Below, piece by piece: positions 12,112 through 25,809 of a DNA stretch of 64,000 nt. The notes beneath the pieces are model-generated. The model saw only the letters and a list, made by a program, of their open reading frames with translations, did not search any database and had not been told where the DNA came from. This DNA comes from Auanema rhodensis (Eukaryota > Animalia > Nematoda): assembly GCA_964057225.1 (NCBI GenBank), contig OZ059899.1, positions 6,882,001 through 6,946,000 on the forward strand, given 5' to 3'. The stretch's first letter is position 1. The number at the start of each line of letters is the position of its first letter. The position numbers and the translations under genes were made by a program.

Positions 12112-13669
12112 ATGAAGTAAGAATAGAGGAAAACCCACATACACATACATACACACCACATACATCGACACATATGGAATGAAGAGTTGTGATCGTCGTC
12201 ACAGACCAGCATCATGACGATAAAACCATAAAATCGATTTACGTTGTCCATCATTCTAAATCGTCGTCGATGTCACCGTCGTGGTTATCTAGCCCTTTAG
12301 TATCTGCACTCATTTTCGATGTTGGCAGAAAAATCATTAGTTTTCTAGCAACCTTCCATTGACTACCAGATTTCATTCTATCTCTCCAGTTTTTGTCCTT
12401 TCTTCTTTTCAATGCCTGTCCTGCGTTGATGCTGCCCCCATAAGGCTCTTCTTGCCGTACAGTCATTCATTCATATAACGTTTAAAAGACATTACTTATT
12501 TTGCAGAAGACCATCTCATGTCTTCATTCAGTCAATCAATAGATGATCTTTTTCAAAGATGCTTTTTCTATTCCAGAATATCTATTATGTTCTCAGGACC
12601 ATTTATAGTTTGTTAGTTAAATCATCAAATTTTCAAGTTCCATATGTATCGTATCATCTTAAGTTAGTCCTTCGAAAAGATTGATTTCTCAATAGAAATG
12701 TTCCATTTATGATTAAACGGCAAACTGTTTTTCATTCATATATTCTGCTTTTCCATTCTTTAGTACAGTTTGGCATTTTAAACTGAAATATATTTCAATA
12801 TGATATCTTTAAACGATATTTACAATTTTTAATAAAATCATTACTGTGTAACATGTAATAAAGCACTTGTATGAAAACCATCTGTACAGCTTTTTTGTCC
12901 TGCTGCATTTGGAATTGACTCAATTTTTCATTTTTTCATTTTAAGTACAATCAAAAACTCGAACACGACTGTGTATGAACTTTAAGAGAAAGAGGTCATT
13001 CATCCTAACTTTAATTCAATTTTTCCTTTATTTTGCAGATAAGTCACATGTGCCTTTCTTCCTTTTATATTCATTTCTCAGAAAAATTTGTTTGTTCATC
13101 TCTGCAGTTACTTACACATACACGTACACATACTCAAAACTTCACTCTCATTCTGTATCATCAATTTGATTCCAACACTATTCTATCAACGAAGCTTCTG
13201 ATTTCGTCCATATTCAAATAGAATTCCGTTTGTACTCATATCATAATGCAATATTTAAACGAAACTTCATGAATATTCATTAGATCACTCATACTATTAA
13301 ACTATTTGCAATGTTGTAGCTTTTTTTAAAATAATAGTTTCACAATTGTTCATAACTCTTCAATATTTCTATTTGATTATTTTTTATTTAGTTATTATTC
13401 CAAATAATCTTCTCAATTATCAATTGCATATTCTCTCATAATTCTATTACTAACTGAAAAAAGAGAATGTTCACTACATTGATCGAAAAATCATGTAGTG
13501 GAAGACTTTCAAATGTTACAAGTTCATATATTCTATCATTACTTCTGAATTCAACTTAGATTAACGTAACAACACTCTGAAGGTCCTTTGGATGGTCTGG
13601 TTTTGCCCAACTTCGAACCAGACAACGTTAATCCATATTAGCATTTCGTCCACCACCTTCTATTCTTCA

Positions 13670-13815
13670 TACTCTCCCTCTCTCTATTTTTCTCTCTCGT
13701 TCCTTTCCGCTCTCTTTCTTATTTTGCATCCCTTTCCTCTCTCTCTCTCTCTCTTTCTGTTTCTCTCCATTTTCTCTCTGTTCCCCTCTCCAGTTTTCTC
13801 TTTTCACTCTCTCTA
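13670..13815. repeat. Imperfect (CT)n pyrimidine-rich tract upstream of the innexin
   Basis: ctctctctctctct runs seen directly. Confidence 0.8.
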
Positions 13816-14163
13816 CAATACACTCATTTACTCTGTACATTAAATTTTCTGCTATGAAAATCATTGAGTTTTGTGAACTATCGAGGCAATTCACAGAATT
13901 ATTTTTTAGAATTTCAATGTCTTAACTGACTGTCATATATTCTCTATTTCTATGGGTTATTTATTAATTTCTAAAATGTTTCTCTCACTTATGTCACAAA
14001 ATTCTCTCAAAATTTTTTTTTCTGACTATGTTTGCTGTAAATCAAAAATATATATTAAGTGATTAATAATAATCAATATGAATTCTTTCTTCCTTGTTAT
14101 TTTCTCTTTGAAGTGCTTTTATAAAAGTATTTTTAATTTTCTTTGCAGGTCCTCCGCAGCAGG

Positions 14164-16065
14164 ATGATCGGGGCCTTTCTGCCTTATGTAAAAAAAATAC
14201 GAAGATCGTATCAATCTAATGATCTCGTGGATAGGTTTGTGTTAACTTTTTTGAATATACATGTGATCAATAAAATATTTTTGTTGTTCTGACTATTATT
14301 ATTTTCAGATTAAATTATCAATATACAGCTCTTCTCGTAGCTATTGGAGCTATTACGTTAGCAGCAACTCAATATGTAGGAAAACCAATTCAATGTTGGG
14401 TTCCAGCTCAGTTCACTGGAGCTTGGGAGAAGTAGGACACTTTTTTCACAGTTTTCTGTTATTTTTTTCTTATTAGGTATGCTGAAACATATTGCTTCAT
14501 CAAGGGTAGTTATTTCCTACCAGATGATCAAAATCCTGAACAATATTTCTTGAGTGAAGATAAGAAGGTTAGTTTTAAGAAAATATTTATAAATATGCTA
14601 TATGATTATAATAATATTTAGGAAATTGGATATTATCAATGGGTACCTTTGATGCTTGCTTTCCAAGCTTTCTTATTTTACTTGCCATGTTTAATTTGGA
14701 AGGCTTTTACTTCTTCTTCAGGAATCAATGTAAAAGATGTTTTAGAATCATCAGCCAAGGTTTACAAATTTAAAATTTCTTTAAAAACTTTTATTATTGT
14801 AAGGTGAAAAAAAATGTTTCCCAAAAAGATAGAGAAAACCAAGTTGCTAAAGCTGCTGCTCACCTTCAAGAAGCTCTTGAGCTTCAGCGTGAACTCAAAG
14901 TTGGTACGTTATTGGAATTATTACTGATTTCGAAAAAAAATATTAATCTCAAACAAAAAATTTTAGAAGCTGGTTTCATTTCCAAACTTCGTAAAGGAGG
15001 ATTCTTTCTCTCAGCTTTATATTTGCTTTCTAAAGTATTATATATCTTCAATATTTATCTTCAGGTTTGCATATATATAATAACTGATAATTTATCAAAT
15101 AATTTATTAAAGTTTGCCATCTTTTCCACCTTCCTCGGAACAACCTCTACTTTCTGGGGATGGGAAATTTTCAGCGACTTGATGGATGGTCGTTCATGGC
15201 AAGAAACAGGACATTTCCCACGTGTAACTATGTGTGACTTCCATGTTAGTTTTCTATTTTATTCTTTTTTTTTATATAAAATGGATAAATTATTTAATTA
15301 TAAAATGAAATATACAGGTTCGAGTTCTTGGAGCAATTCATCGTTGGACTGTTCAATGTGTTCTGATGATTAACATGTTTACCGAAAAAATATATGTCTT
15401 CCTTTGGTAATTCTGAATTCAAATAGGATAATTCATACTTTACGTCTTATAGGTTCTGGTTTATTCTTGTTGGAGTTCTCACCATGATCTCATTTGCTTA
15501 TTGGCTTGTTGCTCTTGTATACCGTGGATTCCAAACCGAATTTATTTCCAAGTAAGTTTAATAACAAGAAAAATAAAATCTTTCTAATTGATTCAAACGA
15601 GTATTTTCTTTTTGTAAAAAATTAATTTAGGTATCTTCGCTGTATGGGTGCTATTGGAGACGAACCAACTAAGGTTGAAGAACAAAAGGTAATTTTGAAA
15701 AACGTTTAAGATTTTATAAAATTTTCCAAAAAATTAAACCACCATTTCGACTAAAAGTAAAAGTAGTAATGATAGACATCATACAGTTATAGAACAGTAT
15801 GCAATTTAAATGAAATATTTGCAGGTCAACGGTTTCGTGAAAAATTTCCTCACACCTGATGGAGTTTTCCTTCTGCGATTAATTCAAGTAAGAGTATATT
15901 AATGTATATTATACTATAACAAATTATTTGTAGACAAACGGAGGAGATATGTTAGCTGGTGAAATTGCTACAGCCTTATTCAACAATTACAATAAAAGAT
16001 ACGAAACGAAAGCTGATGAATCATTTGGTGATAGTCCAGACACTACAGCAACACTACCCCGATGA
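14164..16065 (+). CDS. inx-5: Innexin (gap junction protein), most similar by recollection to INX-5
   Basis: [30 protein letters not shown]...[81 protein letters not shown] and [13 protein letters not shown]; TGA at 16063-16065. The family call is firm; the paralogue assignment is tentative. Confidence 0.9.
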
Positions 16066-16449
16066 TAGTCTTTAGATTTGTTTTCTCAGAACTTCATTCT
16101 CAATATTGAAAAACTCATCTGAATCACTTAATAACGCTTCATACAATTGCCTTAGCTTTTGATTAACACGTGATTATTTTAGAATAAAGAAAAGAAAGAA
16201 CATATTTCTCGTTTTTTTTTTGAATTTTTAAACGAATTTATAAACTTAACCTATTATACATATATGCTGTTTGTGTTATTGCTAAATCTAGATGTCAACC
16301 AAAGAAAATAATAAATTTTTTCAATTAATCAAGATAAAAAGTCGAATAAAGCTTATAAATTTCATTTTCTACGCTTTTTTCTTGCAAGAGTTAGGAATAC
16401 CAGTTAAAAAAACAATTAGTTTTCTTACTACAATTGAAAATAAAAAGTT

Positions 16450-18194
16450 TATCGGACTGTTGTGACGAGGCTTGTTAAAGCGGTTTCAGGATCATGATCA
16501 TGGCCTGCGCCTGGATCATCCTTCTTTGATGGCTCCTCATTCAGCAATTATGTTGGTCATGAACCTTCAGATATTTGACTTGGTTTGCTGTTCCCATTTC
16601 TTGATTTTCATTCAGTCACATGTATTATGCTCCTCTTCAACATTTCCAAATATGGTTTCAAACTATGTGACTATTTCAAGGTGTCAAGCTCAAATTGCTA
16701 ACGACAGTGCATCAGGGTTGATGCGATTAGCCCGGAATCTGGATTTCCTTGCCACCGCTTTTCACATTTCTGTCAGTTCATCACATATTAGCTTTCGTAG
16801 TCCTTGCTTCATCGGTATTTCTGTTTTCTTTTTCTTTGTTCATCTCAAATTCTTCACTATTTCCGCTATCTTTATTCCCTTTCTCTCTCCTTTGCTGTCT
16901 TTTCCTCTGGTCGTTCGACCTTTTCCTCATTTTCTTATTCTTTCTTTTTGCTTTTTACAAGCAATCTTTATACCTATAACGTTTGGTTTAATAATTTTTT
17001 TTCAAAAGGAAGCAAATATAACATAAGTTGCAAACACTGGAAAAGATCTAAAATATGTAGCCCACAGTCTAAGCTTAAACACTTCTCGTCGTCATCTTTG
17101 AGATTTTAAGAATAAATTTTGCTCAAACGGAATAGCTGTCTAATCCTCTCGGAATTGTTCCGTATTTCTAACAAATAAATTTTCTACCGTCTCAACGATT
17201 TCAGATATTTTTTCTATTATCTTTATCTATTGTTCTTTCGCTCAACCGTTTCACTTGAAGATTAATTCTCAAAACAGTTTGCTTCTCTGTTTAGAAGACT
17301 TGTATTCTGTTTTTTCTTTGCATTTTCCTCCAAAGAATCTCAAAAGCTTTTCACACAATCCAATCCTCTCAAAGAAGATTTCTATGGAATTTTCATCTTT
17401 GATAATTTTTCAAGCTTGATCCTTTAAATGACTCAATATTATCATTTAGTATATTAAATATGAAAATAAATATATTATACCTAATTTCATCGGTTTTTTT
17501 TGCGTTGAAAGAACTTGATGGTTCAAGAATATATTAAAATCAATTCTACTTCCAGTAATTTTTGTTTCTTTTTCAAAAATATTTTAGAAATATGCTTTTC
17601 AAATACCTTTAATTTTTAACTTCGCATTCATATGTATATGTATGAGGAAATACAACAGTCTTCGGTATTTGAATGGTCAACTATCAGGCGGCTAACAGGC
17701 TTGGTCTTCAGCTCAAAGTGCTTAAGATATCTCTCTTTGTCGTTGCTTCTTCAAGTGTCTCTCAATCTCTGACTTCTCTCATGTGCTTGTGCATCCGTAC
17801 TCATTGGTCTTCATAATAACATAGTAAACGTATCAAACAATTTTTTCAAAAATAATATTTCAATTGATTCATTTCCATATTTCTATAATATCTAATTTAT
17901 AAGACTTGTTTATTTGTCATTCATTTATTATAATTTGACTTTCACAATCTGGCGCTAAATGCAGAAACCATTTAGCAACTATAAGAATGATCACTTTTAC
18001 GTTTTTTCCTATAAAATATATGATTTCCTAGGAAAAAAGTTTATCTCATTTACAAACAAACGAGATAGGGTTGAAACAAGCATGAATTTACCTCTTCATT
18101 TGTTCTTCCAAACGTGTTCCAAGATCGTGAATTCTCTTCCTTTTAGCTGATAATCTTTCAAATATTCCCTTTGCTCATAAGAGTGTAACCATAC
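16450..18194 (-). pseudogene. Probable degraded spliced gene or lncRNA (charged, coding-like sequence broken by stops and frameshifts)
   Basis: A minus-strand exon at 18092-18194 is flanked by TTTTCAG and GTAAAT but has no fully open frame. Further GT..AG-bounded segments lie at ~17420-17650, and K/E/R-rich frames are interrupted by stops. Confidence 0.4.
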
Positions 18195-18875
18195 CTGAAA
18201 AGAAGATAATCTGGCATTACCCAAGTTTTGTCTTCAAATTATTTTTCCCAAAGCAAATAAACTAACTGAACGACTGAGGAGATGTGTGTTCATAAACTAG
18301 GAATCATGGTTTTTAAAATTCCGCATCAAATTGTATAAATTTTGTGAATCATATGATAAACATTCAAATTTCTAAACAATTGTTTTTCTTTTAATCTATT
18401 GATCCCTCATTTATCGGTTTTTAATAGCCAAGAAATTACTATGAAACAACTATGTATATACATGTTGTTGTTCTTTCAATAATTCAATTTTATTCGTATT
18501 TTTCTCATCATTTGAAGTCAAACTATCAAGCTTGGTCAGCTTGTGGGCAGTCTTTGTTTCTCCGAGCACTTTGATTGTTTGTATATGGTAGTCATTCTTT
18601 CGGCTGCCTGTTTAATTCTCACCTAAAAGCTTCTAGACAGCCGGGGTCAAACCGGATAGTTGTGGGATCATTCTCCTCTTTATCCGAAGATTTTCTTGAT
18701 TCACCGACTTCGAGAGAAAACAACAGACGTCTTCAACGTTTTTTTGGTGCCATTTAATTATTTTTATTTCTTGAACGTTTTTAAATATTTTCTTAAATTT
18801 CTTCTCTTGTTGTATGTATGTTTACAAGTTTAAGTTTACAATGTTATACATTAAATAATAAATTTAAGAAAAAAC

Positions 18876-20894
18876 ATGGATCATCGTAGAAATTGGATTC
18901 TCTTAGATGCGTCAACATCACAGCCAAATGCTCCAATAATGATACGTGATCGACGGTTTGAACTTCCTCACATTAGCAATATATAAACTATATTCTAGGT
19001 TTCGTGCTGCGCCATCCAATCTATCGCAAACCAGAGAAGAAGAGAGAATTTATAATATAAATCAATTAAATGATCGCATTCAAAAAAAAGTAGCAAATAG
19101 TTATATGGTATTAAATATAGAGAAGATTGAAAATATAATATAATTAGCACTTTAGTTAGAAGATATGACCGGAACAGGAAGAAAAGGAGAACGAATAGTG
19201 GATGAAAGTTTCCGGTTTATAGATGACGAGCAACAAGGTCGGCATAACACAACTCCTGTTCCTCCAGATAAGCTAGGTGAGAAGATAATTTTTTTATCTT
19301 ATATGTTTTCTGTTCTTATTCTTCTTTCTGATTTCTGTTCTCATTCCCTTCCATAATAATTAAACATCCTTCATGTCTTCAACATAATCGATTCCATGAA
19401 AGTTAAATCATTAAAATGAAAACCTCCAGTTTTTTTGCGCCTTCAAATTCAACTCTCAAAAAAAAGACGATGAATAAGAAGGAAATTCAGAGAAAAGATT
19501 GATGATAAGCACATAATGAACAAAAAAATATTATGATTAGATTGATGCCTCCAAAAACAGAGAATAAAGCAATTATTATCAGTGAATAACTGATTAAGAT
19601 AAACCAAAATAACTGTCATGATATTAATGAGATTCTGACGTATATTTGTAGAAGTTGATTCGGGACTTCAATCAGCGTCTGAACGACTTGATTCATTAAT
19701 ATCATGTCGTAACTCTCATGGGGAGGTCGAAGCAGTATTTGAGAGACGTCATCGTCCAGCTGGTTAAATTGAAAACATTTTAGTTAAAATGATTTTTTAA
19801 TTTTTTTAGATGAACCTTATCAAAGGAAAGAAGCAAGAGCAAAGAATGATTACTTCCAAACTGGGTATTCCCGTGATACTTCAGAGCCTATTTACGTTCG
19901 ACATATTCCTTATGGCGATAATCAACGTAAATGTTCGAATTCGCAGATAGGAGTCGATAATATACTTTCAGAACAAAAACTACCTCGCGAATACAGTAAT
20001 AACCTATTCCCTGAATATGGGGAATATGATAACGGTATCAGCCGAGAATGGTATGCTGCTAGAAGTCGTCCTTATTATGATTATCGAACCCATAGACGAT
20101 GTGATTCTGTAGATTCCGGAAGTTTTCGTTTATCCAGGTGAATGAATAATATCATAGTTCAGATATACAAATTTATTTTATAGACGGTTTGGTGCAGCAC
20201 CTTTCCAACATCAATGGCGCTCTCGAGCACTTTCTCAAGATTATTTATTGGATAACTCTTATGGATATAATTATCCCAGGAAGCCAAATCATCATCAACA
20301 ACGGCAAGCGCCACATACGCTTCGACGACAAGCAGACTTTTATGATAAATGTGATCTGTGTGCGTTCAAAATATTCAGATCTGGAGATTATTGTCCGGTA
20401 GGTAGCAAATGATAACAAATCTTTTTCACACAACTCAATAGGCATGCGGCAGAGTATCAAGTGTTATGAAATCCCTCTCTACAAGAATTCCATCCTACTT
20501 TATTCCAAAGGAGCAAATACTCAGTGCACGACGATTACGCAGAGATACTAGTCCATACTTTCCCAAAACAAAAAGTAAGCTGAAACATTAGTTTGTATGT
20601 AAAACTGATTATAGGCCAATCTTATTCGACTCATGATATCAATATCAGACCTAAATCTCCAAGACGACCGACGAAAAGCCCTGTTTATCGATATGGTAAA
20701 GAAAGAGCAAGATTTTTTAATACACCAAATTTATAGGTGTGAGTGTTCCTGAATCGTTGTACGATTATGAAGTATGGGCACGAAAAGCTGACCGAAGGAG
20801 GATGCAGAAACGAGCAGCTGGTTTAGCTCTAGCACTTCTAGCAATAGCCCTCATAGTTTCGGCTGGTGTTGTTTTAGCAGCTGTTAACAACTAG
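18876..20894 (+). CDS. Uncharacterised low-complexity protein with a single C-terminal transmembrane helix (tail-anchored)
   Basis: Consistent GT-AG exon chain from MDHRRNWILLDASTSQPNAP through RIYNINQLNDRIQKK to WARKADRRRMQKRAAGLALALLAIALIVSAGVVLAAVNN* (TAG ends at 20894). Confidence 0.75.
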
Positions 20895-21328
20895 GATAAT
20901 CTTTTTTGACACAAGAGATATATTAAACTAACAATATGGTCCTAAATAGGAGAATAACTTTAATGCCGAGACACTTGCGAAGCAACATGTTACACTCAAG
21001 GAAAATCCCGTTTATATAAAATCATAATCAATCAATAAATATTAAACGAAATCTATATATACATGACTACCGGGTGACCTGACGCAGAAAATTATCTAAT
21101 AACACAAAAAAGCAAAATTAGACCCGGAACTACACGGCCTTACTCGCTATGAATAGTTTTGGAAGTAGCGAAACCATATATCACATATATACTCTATATA
21201 ACTATAAAACTCTGCGCATAAAAAACCCAAAAGTGGCAGATACTCAACGATACGTGAGAAGCTTATGATGTTGAATCTAATTTTACAGCTAAATATGTTT
21301 ACAGTGTTGAAATTTGTAACGAACAGCA

Positions 21329-23264
21329 TTAATCGAGTTCGTGTGTACTGGAAACCAGCCTAGCAAATGCTGCATGGGCAACATCTGGAGTTGAGATGAA
21401 GCAAACTCGAGAATCATCCTGAACAATATCTCTAACTTTTTGCTTTAGTTCATCTCTGGCTCCCACAAATAAAGCCATCACGCCCTGAATAATAATCTTA
21501 ATAATATATAAATGAGCAACTCTAACTTCAGGATTTTCGTTGAAAACATGTCGAAGCATGGGTAAATCACTATCTGTATCACCAGCTACAAGAACCAAAC
21601 TATCCTAAAAAAGGTTTTTTTACAGTAAGAAATGCACAATTGAATATAAGTTACCTCCAAAGTATCATTCAAACTTTCCATCAGAGCAGCTAAACCATCT
21701 GCTTTATCCCATACTTTAGCCGGTCCCTCTTCTAAAAACATATTATATTAGAATATACACTTTCTATTTCGCATACCAAAAGCGCAAATTTCAATTTCCA
21801 AACGATTATGGTCATCCAATTTCAATACCTGAAATAGCATAATAACATAAACTAATGATGAATTATTATACCTGATTGTTAGGATCAATTCTATGCATTC
21901 TTTCTCGAACAGCTTCAATATATCGAACAGTCAATTCCGAAGGTACGTGATTACAAACGGTTTGTACACCAAGGGTTAAACGATCAACTTTGCGTTGAAC
22001 ACCACTACCCACTAATGCAAATTGTGAAAAATCCACACTATTTATCAATTCAGCAAGCTGCAATCATTGATGAAAAGTTTTAAATACACAGATTAATCTA
22101 CTTCGTCACTCAAACGAGAAATTGCATCAAAAGCTTCATCACTGATTCCGTCTTCATGAACTATTCTTTTGCCTCGCATCCACCATTCTCGTCCCCATGA
22201 ACCACTAAAGAATCAAATTAGTGGTTCATTCTTTATTAACAGTCTTATTTTGAATGTGATATTCGACAATACGTTTCAACTTTGCACGCTATTGTTATTA
22301 GATCGCATTAAAAAAGAATGAACGGTTGTACTATATGTTAAGCAGTTAAAAACATTACAAGAGTAAACAAACCTGAAAAGCACAGGACCGTTCAATGGTA
22401 AAGCGGTGAGGTCCAAAATTCCTGGACCCCTCAAGGGCCCAGCAGTTAAAACTGCTGAGGCTCGAGTGAATAAAGTTGAAAAGCGGCCCATTACAACGGC
22501 GCTGTACACGGGCTTAAAAACAGCTTTCCAATAATTCTTTTAAACAAAATGATAAACCTGTAGATTTGTAGCATATTGCGAACAATAATGCTTCATAGTT
22601 CCATCCCAATCGGTAACGAAAAAGGGTTTCCTATCGTGCTTAGATGATTTATCCACAAAATTAAGTAAAAACCTAAAAATTCAATCAGTTTTAAGTAGTA
22701 ATTCGAAAAACGAAAACCTAGTAGTGGAATCTAGTTCCTGTAGAAAAGCATCACTACTTACACTGTGATAAGTAGAAAGAATACTGGGTAAATCTACATC
22801 ATCAAGAATAGCATCTATAGTAGTCTCTCCGAAATTTTTACTAAGAATACGAGAAAGAAACTCAACATCTTTCTGAACAAAGCAATAATAGATAAAATAT
22901 ATATTGAATAAAAGCATTTACACCTCTAGGCCATGAATTTCATCACTAATTTTTATGGAAAAAGTAGCAGAACTTGTGGATATCTGACGCGTTTCGGCAA
23001 CAGTTCTACTATCAGTTAACTAAATCAAAAAACAAAATAAAATAAATTTAAAAAAAAAAACTTCGGCAAGCGTTTGTTTAAGACAGTGAACGTAATTTTC
23101 ATTAAGAGGTTCGGCATTTAAAATAGAAGAAACTATCTGTCTTCGTAGTTCTTGGGTCTAAATTCAACAGTTTTTTTCAATCAGAATTTTAAATGAAAAT
23201 ATACCTTATACAATGAGTTTTTAAAACTTTCAAGACACTGTGCATCAGGAGCAGTAACAGTCAT
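21329..23264 (-). CDS. gob-1: Trehalose-6-phosphate phosphatase (HAD family, nematode GOB-1)
   Basis: FVTDWDGTMKHYCSQYATNLQPVYSA (HAD motif I), VLTAGPLRGPGILDLTALP, FSGSWGREWW, GSGVQRKVDRLTLGVQTV, WDKADG and VAGDTDSDLPM. Confidence 0.95.
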
Positions 23265-24355
23265 TTTCTTTCCTTTTAATCTAGGTTTTCGCGATCATCT
23301 ATATCTAAATAACATATCCATAATGAGAAGAACAAACTAATAACGATGAAAATGATTTAAAACAGCTGCGAATATCACGTATAGAACACAAAATGACCAA
23401 AATAGGAGAAAGTGAAGGTTAAGTCACATAACAGATCAGGAGAAGAAAAATAAGAACTGGTCTAACGGGAAAACCTCATACCCATTGCTAAAAGTAGTCA
23501 AACTAGAGTGGAAAAATGTTCTTCATTATCTAAACATATAAAAACGGATGATCTTTCTTTGATTAGAAATGCATGAAAAATTTGTTCATAATGACTAGGA
23601 ATCTCATACATCACATGATTTCAAAGAATGCTAAAGAGAATAACCCCGGCTCGATGAACCTGATAATGTTTCTTATCAAATCAATTATACAGAAAAATTG
23701 TATTTCGAGTAAATATGTTTTTTGTACATACAGACAAGTAAATGAAATTCTTAAAAGTTAAATCGTCGTTGTAAAATTTATTTGGCAGACTATTGTGTAC
23801 GCGATCCTGTTCTTCTCTGCTGCTAGCTGGCCGGCTGTTGCCATCTGATCAATAACGCCCCACTGACCCCTCCCCTTTGTGTTAGGCAAGCTTTTTTACT
23901 TAATACTAACTTAAAAGCCCAACTTCTCTTCACATTTTACTAAACAAAATAAATTTTAATGAATTGCTACAACTTACACTAGACCAATATGTTTATGCAC
24001 AATGCTATTTATATGCCCCCGACCCAGCTAATATTTGTTCCGTAATATGCCGTTTGAAAAGCTCTGCTGAGTTTATAATTTTTGTGCTGATGCTACGTAA
24101 TACTTCTTCTGTAATATTATTTCTAGATCGAATTGTTTTCTATTGCATTGTAATTTTTTTCGAATTTTGTCCAATTCACTTGATCGGAAGTTTTATTTAT
24201 GTGTATATTGGCATATTTGCCAACCACTCCAACGCTTTCAACTTGCCCTGCTTTTCACTTAACTCTTACAAATTTTTATTGATTATCGTGTTGGCGTGTG
24301 TTTGTATTGTAAAATGATAATTTCATAAACGACTGATTCATTCTTCTTATCACAG

Positions 24356-25664
24356 ATGTATTCAAACAATGAGTTGGACAACCTGCCTAAAATCGGCAAG
24401 TTCATCAAAATGCCGAAGCATATTCAGGATGTGGTGAGATATTTTTCTTTTTTTCTAATATGTTTTATAATATTCTAGGTTGCTATTGGAGCATTTATCA
24501 TTTTAATGCCAATAGGGTTTTTTATTCATTTGTTTTATATAATGCCAACATGGTATCCTACTTTTGGTGAAGGTAATCATTTAATATTTTATTGAATGTT
24601 TGACTTTTAATTGTTTAGCATGGGTAATCAGAACATCCATATTTGCCTTTTTGGCTTTCAATATTTACGCAAACTGGTTCAGAATGATACAAGTTGGCCC
24701 AAATGGAAATAAAAATGTTCTTGTTGATATTGTAAAGGCAGGCTATAGGTAAGATAAATCATGTGACTTCTTAGAACTAATTAATAAAAATTGTTCTTTC
24801 CGTAATGTTAAAATTTGAAACTATAACAAATTTTTTTCTTTATGTTAAACATACATTTCCAGATTCTGTCATTCTTGTCGCGCTAATTGTCCGCCTAGAG
24901 CTTTCCATTGTCCAGGTATGAAGTACTTTTTAAATCATAAAATGTATTTCTTTTAAGTTTGTGACTCTTGTCAATTCCGTAGGGATCATCATTGTTCTTT
25001 TGGTGCTGTATGTGTGGGTCACTTTAATCAAAGGTTTGATAGCTTACTAATTAAATTCTATTTCTTCCTTTCTAGATATTTTGTTGGTGCTATTTTAAAT
25101 CTATTTATTCTTCAATTATTTCTTTGCTTGTAAGTTTGAGGTGGAATTTTTTTGAATCTTTAATATATATTTAGTTATTCATGGGAATTTCTATGGATGC
25201 ACATGGATGGACAGTTTACAATCCTTAAAGCTTGGCAGATTATTCTTCCCCACTTGGCATTAGTAGCCAGGTATGGGTCTATCATGTATCATATTCTAAA
25301 TTCAAAACTTTCAGGATTCTTTCTTTCTATCAATTTGTTATTGTTCTTTTCTATGCGTGTAATATGACGGTACTTTTATTCACAATTTATCTCATCGCAG
25401 CTCAAGGATTCTGTTTGTGGAACGGTCAAACAAGAGTAGAGTATCTTCTGGTACTAACTGCATTCTATTAGCACGAATACTAAATTTAAATTCTAGGATG
25501 TTCACGCATACCAGTTAGGCCTTCTAGGGAATTTGAAAGAATCCCTTGGATCTCGCTGGCCATTAATCGCTTTGTCACCATTTATCCCATCACCTTTGCC
25601 TTCTGATGGAACATCTTTTTCTGTTCGTGAAATACCCGAGCTCTCTCGTGCAAAGGATATGTAA
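24356..25664 (+). CDS. dhhc-1: DHHC palmitoyltransferase (ZDHHC24-like, probably dhhc-1)
   Basis: FCHSCRANCPPRAFHCPVCDSCQFRRDHHCSFGAVCVGHFNQRYF; C-terminus SPFIPSPLPSDG; TAA ends at 25664. The symbol is tentative. Confidence 0.88.
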
Positions 25665-25809
25665 ACTGCTATTTTTTTCTCGTGAATATCATCTCTAGTC
25701 ATACTTGAAATCGCTCAACGTTCAGTTTCCCTTTCTTAATAAGTTCAGAAGATCTCTTGTATTATATTAATACTCATAATAAAACATAAAACACTCAATT
25801 TATCTATTA

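Noticed and set aside
16472-17109. Hydrophobic plus-strand ORFs of 184, 76 and 101 aa
   Set aside because: These are Phe/Leu/Ser-rich shadows of a purine-rich minus-strand sequence, not real membrane proteins.
18216-18228. 13-nt match to the SL1 leader (ATTACCCAAGTTT)
   Set aside because: Lacks the GGTTTA 5' end and the following GAG|GT donor of an SL RNA gene; plausibly a chance match.
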